This document shows positions 58,196 through 64,000 of a stretch of DNA of 64,000 bases, in pieces; within the stretch, counting starts at the first letter, position 1, and every line of letters starts with the position of its first letter. Under the pieces are notes generated by a model. That model was not told the DNA's origin. It saw nothing but the letters and a program-made list of their open reading frames with translations, and ran no database searches. The stretch comes from a virus. The position numbers and the translations under genes are program-made. Where the stretch lies: IMG/VR virus record IMGVR_UViG_3300021594_000641, positions 96,001-160,000 of that record; one strand, written 5' to 3'.

Positions 58196-60109
58196 TTATT
58201 GCCCGCCAAATTGCTGCTGCATTACCATCTGACCTCCAGCTGTTCTAGCCTGCTGCCGGATGTTTTCAATAGTTTGTTTAACCGCAGCGTGCAAAGTTGG
58301 ATCTTGCCCTTTTAGCTTTGTCATTTCTGACTGTCTTTGAGATTCAGGGACGCTAAGAAGCTGAGAAGCTATAGCCTCGGCTTTAGCCTGCAGCTCTTGA
58401 GGTGTTATTTTTTGGCCTGGCTGCGTTGGCGTAGTCAGAGACATCTGCTGAGCCGCCGCGTCCATTGGCCCTGCTGGAGGTTGGTTTGGAGGAGTTGCTC
58501 CTCCAGGTGCCGGAGCTCCGCCGGTAGCTGGGGCTGCTCCGGGTGCGGGAGGAGCCTGCGGAGGTGGCGCGGCCATCTGATCCATGATAGAAGCAGTATC
58601 CATTTCTTCTTGAAGTTTGGCCTGCTCTTCTTGTTTGAACCTCTGCTCTTCCAGAGTTTGTCTTGTTTCTTCCTTGAAATCCAAACCCATACCGCGAAGA
58701 GCTGTGGTCTGGCTGATTTGCTGAGCTTGCATTAGCTGCAGCTTTGCCATCACGTTGTTCATGTCGTCGGTCAAAGTAGGAGGCAATAGAGAAGCTCTGG
58801 CCGGTTCCCAGCCCATAGAGTCAGCTGTCCGCATGGTAACGAACGTCAAGAAGTCGTTCATGTAATGAGTTAAATAAGTCCAGCTAGACTGGAAAAGTCT
58901 AATAGCTGGAAGCATAGCTTGAAGACTTAGGGTGCCGTTGTACAGCTCTGCCGGCATGCCGAACCCGTTCAACAAAGTAGTTATGCCTTGTTGCATTAAT
59001 TCTGTAGGTGCGAGCTTGCTGGCTTCTCCGCCTAGCATTTGATACTGGATAGGATGGCTCAAGAAATGCCAAGCTGCTGGGTCTCTGCGCCTTTTACGTA
59101 GCATACTTTGTACTTGAGACGAGAACCCGCCCAAGTCCATGTTCATCAAAGGGTCTCCAGCTTCTGGGTTACTGGAACTGCTGGGAGCTGGGGTTAAAAC
59201 CCTAAAAGGCACAACGTAGTCCAAGGCTATGGCTTCGTTATATCTGTGAAGAACTTGGCAGTACCAAGCCTGACGGAAATTAACCAGAGTTCTAGATATG
59301 CCCCATCCTCTAGACCTTACACCTGCAAGAGTTGGCTCGTGCATGTGGAAAACAACGTCTTTATCAAAAAGCAAGTAGCCGTTTGACTGTATGGCTTCGA
59401 CAACTTCCCAAGGAACTGTAGGCAGTACTTGCGGATCGCCTCTTCTAACTTGCAGTCTGTAGTCTTCAGGTATTCTCCAGATATATTCTCTGAAGTCATT
59501 TATCATGTCATACCGTATTTCCATTTCATACGGAGACCAGCGTTTGATTGTTATTTGTTTTTCGTCAGTAAGACGTCTGTCTACCCTGTGCCATTTACCG
59601 GAATATCCGCATTTAGGATTGGGGCATTTAGCGACAAAATCAGGCATCTGCCATTTAAAAGAAAAAACAGGGTTTTTCATCATCTCTGTTAGAGGGACGT
59701 CAAAATAACATTTTGGGCAACTTAGATAACGTCTAAAAGGCAAAACTAAACTTGTAAAGCTATTTCCGTAGCACAAAAAGTCTAAAGCAACAGAGTGTAG
59801 AACTTGCTTTACTTTTAAAACGTTATTTAAAAATATCTCGTACTTCTGTCTTTCGTCGTCTCCTAACTTTTCTCCATCTTGAGATTCAACTTTTATGTCA
59901 GTAATGAAATAAGAAACTATGCGCCTGGCTGCTTCTCTGATCATTGAGTTTACGTGAAAAGTAAACTCACAAAACCTAAGGGCATCGCGGATATTTTCCG
60001 GCATCACCGTGGACGCGTAGTCCATGAACGGATCTGGAAAAGGCTCTTCGCCCCTGTTCAGGTTCCAGTTCTTGCCTATAGAACTTTCAAAAAGGTCGCC
60101 GGATGGCAT
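58196..60109 (-). CDS. Probable portal protein with zinc-finger insertion and Pro/Ala-rich C-terminal tail
   Basis: Size and helical pattern; FCEF..., SYFITD, DFLCYGNSF, RYNEAIALDY, FGMPAEL; CPKC..CPNPKC insert; family recognised from memory only. Confidence 0.55.
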   Translation of the reverse strand: MPSGDLFESSIGKNWNLNRGEEPFPDPFMDYASTVMPENIRDALRFCEFTFHVNSMIREAARRIVSYFITDIKVESQDGEKLGDDERQKYEIFLNNVLKVKQVLHSVALDFLCYGNSFTSLVLPFRRYLSCPKCYFDVPLTEMMKNPVFSFKWQMPDFVAKCPNPKCGYSGKWHRVDRRLTDEKQITIKRWSPYEMEIRYDMINDFREYIWRIPEDYRLQVRRGDPQVLPTVPWEVVEAIQSNGYLLFDKDVVFHMHEPTLAGVRSRGWGISRTLVNFRQAWYCQVLHRYNEAIALDYVVPFRVLTPAPSSSSNPEAGDPLMNMDLGGFSSQVQSMLRKRRRDPAAWHFLSHPIQYQMLGGEASKLAPTELMQQGITTLLNGFGMPAELYNGTLSLQAMLPAIRLFQSSWTYLTHYMNDFLTFVTMRTADSMGWEPARASLLPPTLTDDMNNVMAKLQLMQAQQISQTTALRGMGLDFKEETRQTLEEQRFKQEEQAKLQEEMDTASIMDQMAAPPPQAPPAPGAAPATGGAPAPGGATPPNQPPAGPMDAAAQQMSLTTPTQPGQKITPQELQAKAEAIASQLLSVPESQRQSEMTKLKGQDPTLHAAVKQTIENIRQQARTAGGQMVMQQQFGGQ

Positions 60110-60113
60110 TTTT

Positions 60114-60299
60114 CTAGTCTCGTTTTAAAAGCTTAGATGAAACAGCGTCGGATAAAGACTTGGTCACATGAGTCTCCAAATCAGAGAACTCCGCCGAAGC
60201 CTCCTTCAACGCTTTCGTAGTCTGGCTCTCCCGAGTCGACTCCGGAAAATTCTGGGGAGTTATCCCCTTCGCTATCACCGCTCTCTTTTCCATTTTCAA
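60114..60299 (-). CDS. Small hypothetical protein preceding portal
   Basis: MEKRAVIAKG...; fills the gap to the portal and overlaps the tail of 60181..60981. Confidence 0.45.
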   Translation of the reverse strand: MKMEKRAVIAKGITPQNFPESTRESQTTKALKEASAEFSDLETHVTKSLSDAVSSKLLKRD

Positions 60300-60981
60300 G
60301 TTCCCCTGTGGCTATGTCGACTATACCAAGCTCCTTGGCCATTTCAGAAGTAAGATTTTTAGAGCTTCCGACGGGAACTACGCAAATTTCAAAAGGATCG
60401 CATTCAAACTTTATAGGAAAATTTTTAACAGAAGGATCTAGTAAGAATAAGCTTTTAGTACCCTGCACGTAAACACCTACTGGTTTTCTTTCTTCATTAG
60501 GACGCATGTTACAATAAGGATAAAACTCAGCGGATCCTCCAAAACGTTTGTCAGTTACAAATATTAAATAATTGCTAACAACTTTAACTTCATGGTATTT
60601 AAAAGATATAGAGCCGCAGCCTGGCATATCAAAATAAACTTTTGTTTGAGGTGACGTTACAGCTGCTTTGGGCAAAACGGCTGCGGGATGCGCGTGATTA
60701 ATTTCATTGATGTTAGGTATAGCCCTTCCTACTTTAATAACGTCTCTGGGTAAATCTTCTGAAGAAGCTAGTTTGAACAAGTTACTAGCAATCTCTTCCC
60801 TGTTAACCACGTTGTTCCCCTTTTTGTCAGGTCCTGAAGTCTTACCGCTTAATCTATCAAGGCTGATAGTAAACGACTCGCCCAAATGCGCCCTGTCAGG
60901 GTCAACAACTATCTCAGTGATTTGTTTGTTGTGAAAAATAGTAGACTGAGATTTGCCCGATACTGCGGAGTCAACGCTCAT
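60181..60981 (-). CDS. Hypothetical protein
   Basis: 266 aa, AAAGGAAAgccATG. Confidence 0.75.
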   Translation of the reverse strand: MSVDSAVSGKSQSTIFHNKQITEIVVDPDRAHLGESFTISLDRLSGKTSGPDKKGNNVVNREEIASNLFKLASSEDLPRDVIKVGRAIPNINEINHAHPAAVLPKAAVTSPQTKVYFDMPGCGSISFKYHEVKVVSNYLIFVTDKRFGGSAEFYPYCNMRPNEERKPVGVYVQGTKSLFLLDPSVKNFPIKFECDPFEICVVPVGSSKNLTSEMAKELGIVDIATGELENGKESGDSEGDNSPEFSGVDSGEPDYESVEGGFGGVL

Positions 60982-61062
60982 GGCTTTCCTTTCATGTAAA
61001 TCTGTCTTATGAAAATACTATATCCAATCTTATCTTATTAACCAGACCTTTACCCAATAGCT

Positions 61063-61099
61063 AAAAAAAACCCGGCCTGACTCTAACGAGTCAAGCCGG
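61063..61099 (-). terminator. Intrinsic terminator after 61114..62022
   Basis: ccggcttgactc-gtta-gagtcaggccgg then T8 and AGCTATTG on minus strand. Confidence 0.8.
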
Positions 61100-61113
61100 A
61101 TCAGGCATCAGGT

Positions 61114-62022
61114 TCATAAGTTGGCCTTAGCCCACTCGAACCTCAAATGCCTTGCTAGGTCGGTGGGGTTAGACACCCCATCTCGAAGGGTGGTGTTGTT
61201 GACAGCCACTATCTGCGGCTGTCTGTTGAAGGGCACAAACTCGAACATGTCGAGCACAGCGCCTCCAGCCTGGATAGGCCTCCGGAGGTGGCGAGGAGCT
61301 ATCCGAATATCGAACAGCTGCACGTCGTCCTCAGAAATCATGGAGTGAGCCTCCATGGTCTCCTCGAAGATTCTCTTTAGAGTTTCTGGTGGGAGAGCCA
61401 TGAACTCTTCCTTGCTCCTAGTCTTCCTAGGAACAAGTTCAGCCACAACCGTGCCTGGCTCCGTGGCCACCCCGGGCTGTACCCATTCCAAGACTTTGGC
61501 TTCGGGAGGAAGCTCTAGCACGTCTTGGTTCTCAAATTCAATAAAGATGTTTCCATCTTTAACGATTTGAGAAATTTTCCCGCCGGTTGATACGGTGCCA
61601 GGGTGAGGCGGGCCGCGCCAACCAGGGGAAGTTGAAGCCATGGCTGTTTCAATAAGCCATGGCTGTGGGAGCGGGTTAGCCCACTCAAATTGCTTCCCGA
61701 AGGAAGCAAGAAGAATAGGTCCTCTAATCTCAGGTGCCATTTTTGGTGGCCTCTGAGAGTACAGGTATCGGAACATGACGCCCGCCACGTCTTGTTCCTC
61801 TGAGGAAAACCTACAGTTTATAGCTGTAGGGTCCTCGGCCCGCTCGTTGTAGAGAGTCAGCCCCCTGTGGTCAAAGCAGTATCGGTGTACTGCTAGGACA
61901 TGCCCATCTGGGCGAGGTCCGCCCTGCCACATGGTCATGAACCTGCCGGTTCCTACCGGCTGGAGGCCTCCCTTGAAAGGGGCTTTTGGGTGACAGGAGT
62001 AAAACACAGAAACCTTCTTCAT
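61114..62022 (-). CDS. Hypothetical protein (GC-richer, early-type)
   Basis: Start moved to ATG 62022 after GGAG; own promoter motif and terminator. Confidence 0.75.
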   Translation of the reverse strand: MKKVSVFYSCHPKAPFKGGLQPVGTGRFMTMWQGGPRPDGHVLAVHRYCFDHRGLTLYNERAEDPTAINCRFSSEEQDVAGVMFRYLYSQRPPKMAPEIRGPILLASFGKQFEWANPLPQPWLIETAMASTSPGWRGPPHPGTVSTGGKISQIVKDGNIFIEFENQDVLELPPEAKVLEWVQPGVATEPGTVVAELVPRKTRSKEEFMALPPETLKRIFEETMEAHSMISEDDVQLFDIRIAPRHLRRPIQAGGAVLDMFEFVPFNRQPQIVAVNNTTLRDGVSNPTDLARHLRFEWAKANL

Positions 62023-62067
62023 CGCTAGACTCCATTCCAGAATCACCGCTGACCAATAGATGCGGTG

Positions 62068-62103
62068 CATATGATTATGACGTTTTCCTTAACTGTTATT
62101 TAA
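62068..62103 (-). promoter_or_regulatory. Conserved promoter motif copy (TTAAAT-18-CATAAT-N4-TG)
   Basis: Minus strand TTAAATAACAGTTAAGGAAAACGTCATAATCATATG. Confidence 0.6.
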
Positions 62104-62393
62104 CTGTTCAAGTATTCGCCATCATTAACAAAAGACTCTTCTTGATTAAACAAAGGAAAGCGTGACGAGCCGTCTAAAGAAATAAGATACTTAGCCGGAC
62201 CTTTAGTTATGTTCCACTTCTCGCCGTAAAACACGCCTCCATACATTCTTTTGTTAGCCTCAAGTAAACGAGTCAAAGACTCAGCTGCCAGCTGCGCTGA
62301 GTCAAACTCTGTAATGCTAGGAGGTTCTCCTTCGTTTACAGCTAACACATAGAATTTAAAGTTGTCTGGATAGTCGCTGCTTGTGTTACTCAT
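62100..62393 (-). CDS. Hypothetical protein
   Basis: 97-aa ORF in operon. Confidence 0.65.
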   Translation of the reverse strand: MSNTSSDYPDNFKFYVLAVNEGEPPSITEFDSAQLAAESLTRLLEANKRMYGGVFYGEKWNITKGPAKYLISLDGSSRFPLFNQEESFVNDGEYLNS

Positions 62394-62652
62394 TTTCTGA
62401 AGCCTCAGGTTCTACATACAAAACTGTTACAGAAGACGTGATCATCTTTACTGTGTTTTCTTTATCCATCCATTCCATGTGTATGGATGGCGGAGATGCG
62501 TACACTAACTGGTTTGAAGTCTGCTCTACCCAATCGTTTATAAGCTTGTCTACTTCAGTAGTTTTATCTAGCAGGTCCCAGCCAGTCAGCGAGTTCTCTG
62601 AAGTTTTTCGCATAAGTATCTGACCGAAAAAAACTTTGCTCTTAGTTAACAA
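62386..62652 (-). CDS. Hypothetical protein
   Basis: 88-aa ORF in operon. Confidence 0.6.
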   Translation of the reverse strand: MLTKSKVFFGQILMRKTSENSLTGWDLLDKTTEVDKLINDWVEQTSNQLVYASPPSIHMEWMDKENTVKMITSSVTVLYVEPEASENE

Positions 62653-63334
62653 CTGGCACCATCACTTTCTGCATTTGAATAGTTTCTTGTTCAGGAGGCG
62701 CAAAAGACACGTAAGGGTAAAGGCAAGATTTAATATAAGCCAAGCGCTTTGGCCCCGACACTCCTGAAACGTGTATTTTAAATGGAGTAGGGCTTACTGG
62801 AAAAGAAAACCCTTCAAAAGACATATCTCCTTGAGCTAACCTTTCCGCGTTTTCACAGTTGATTCCCCAATCTCTTGGAGGACATGAGCACAGACTAGGA
62901 TCACTAGACCATTCGTTAGGATCAGGTATATAAGCTGTGTGCATAAAACAAGATAGAACTAGCTGTCTCACTTTACAGCAAGCTATAACCCCGTTTAGTA
63001 GATTATATATTTCAGGCCAGAATTCTATTTTGCAGCCGTACAAAGTTTTATTCCAAAAATGGTCTAACCCTTTAAACAAAGGTCTGTCGTAGATTAAAGC
63101 AAACACGGCTTCACTATTGTCTTTCTTAAGCATCCATTCTTCTACAGGGTCCGTTGTCAAATTAGCTTCAGTGAATAACAAGCCATGGTTAAAAAAAACA
63201 AACTCCGAAGAGAGTTCAGACAGCTTGTGGGCCATCTGAACTCTCTTCACTGGAGGCAGTTTCCTGATCTCTTCGGCAGAAAGAGTTTCACTTTTGTAAA
63301 AGCCTTCCTGCCTTGGAAAATCAGAATGAATCAT
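62642..63334 (-). CDS. Hypothetical protein
   Basis: 230-aa ORF in operon. Confidence 0.7.
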   Translation of the reverse strand: MIHSDFPRQEGFYKSETLSAEEIRKLPPVKRVQMAHKLSELSSEFVFFNHGLLFTEANLTTDPVEEWMLKKDNSEAVFALIYDRPLFKGLDHFWNKTLYGCKIEFWPEIYNLLNGVIACCKVRQLVLSCFMHTAYIPDPNEWSSDPSLCSCPPRDWGINCENAERLAQGDMSFEGFSFPVSPTPFKIHVSGVSGPKRLAYIKSCLYPYVSFAPPEQETIQMQKVMVPVVN

Positions 63335-63947
63335 CTCTTACTTCCGAAGATGTCATTACGTCTAAACCTGTGGCAGCGCAGAAGTCTCTAACGGCTTCAG
63401 ACTGCTTTTTAGTGTTAGACAAATCAACAGTAGACAAGTCTAAACCAAAATACTTGAATATGCCCGACAAAGAAATCCTAGACTGCTCGTCAGCAGAAGA
63501 AAGGAAAACCCTGGTCGGATCCATGAAAATATTCTTGACCGTGTGATCACCGAAAAGCCAGTAATACACAAAGTCAATACGCGCTATGTCGGCCTTTGGG
63601 CATTCTTTGATGACCTGAGCTGACACAGAACGCATAAAATTCTTGGCGTTAAAACCATAGACCCTTATACGGCTATAGTCTAAGTTGCCAATATATTTAA
63701 CGAAGTCATGAGCAGCGTTTCCACCTGAAAAGTCAAAAGTTTCTCCCATTGAACTGATCATATGTATGTCAGTTACAAGACTGGTGATTGGTTTGGAAGA
63801 AGCTGTGCTCCTAATTTCGGAATAAGCTTTTTCCAAATACTCTTCTATGACCTTTGGGTCTTTGTAGTTCTTGGGAGCTTTTGGTGCAGACACGTAGCTC
63901 TGGAACTCTGGAGCAGCAACGCTGGTGTAACCGATGTAATAAATCAT
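63321..63947 (-). CDS. RNase H-fold 3'-5' exonuclease-like protein, probably catalytically degenerate
   Basis: KAPKNYKDPKVI motif and VYGFN as in PolB-like stand-alone exonucleases; ExoI D-x-E replaced by GYT. Confidence 0.4.
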   Translation of the reverse strand: MIYYIGYTSVAAPEFQSYVSAPKAPKNYKDPKVIEEYLEKAYSEIRSTASSKPITSLVTDIHMISSMGETFDFSGGNAAHDFVKYIGNLDYSRIRVYGFNAKNFMRSVSAQVIKECPKADIARIDFVYYWLFGDHTVKNIFMDPTRVFLSSADEQSRISLSGIFKYFGLDLSTVDLSNTKKQSEAVRDFCAATGLDVMTSSEVRDDSF

Positions 63948-64000
63948 TGGATCCTTCCTTAGTCTTGAGAATCTACAAACCTAACAGACTCAAAGGGCAC

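Overview
The window is part of a large tailed dsDNA bacteriophage genome (jumbo-phage-like), almost entirely coded on the minus strand, standard genetic code 11, Shine-Dalgarno translation signals. No tRNA, rRNA or CRISPR array was recognisable by eye. Left to right: (1) 1-10.1 kb, a 1478-aa single-chain RNA polymerase (near-complete beta fused to the catalytic N-half of beta-prime) embedded among Gly/Ala-rich, partly hydrophobic proteins resembling virion-internal proteins; (2) 10.2-13.6 kb, the only sizeable plus-strand gene, a class II (B12) ribonucleotide reductase with ATP-cone and an intein at the catalytic Cys; (3) 13.6-17.0 kb, a GC-richer island of small genes sharing a promoter motif, hairpins and a junction motif; (4) 17-24.8 kb, PhoH, C39 and papain-like C1 peptidases, a degenerate 2H-phosphoesterase fusion, secreted, Ig-like and membrane proteins; (5) 24.8-30.8 kb and 54.5-57.7 kb, two glycosyltransferase/methyltransferase clusters that bracket (6) 30.8-48.7 kb, a fibre region with six LamG-like domains, poly-Thr tracts and very long Gly-X-Thr collagen-like genes, one apparently broken at two +1 junctions; (7) a 1344-aa virion-like protein, an HNH nuclease, a probable portal and unknowns. 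Best candidates for new biology: a phage-encoded system glycosylating and methylating collagen-like fibres, the fused and truncated RNAP with its own promoter motif, and a family of K-x-A-motif virion proteins with a shared leader. All family calls come from motifs recognised by eye; no searches were run.
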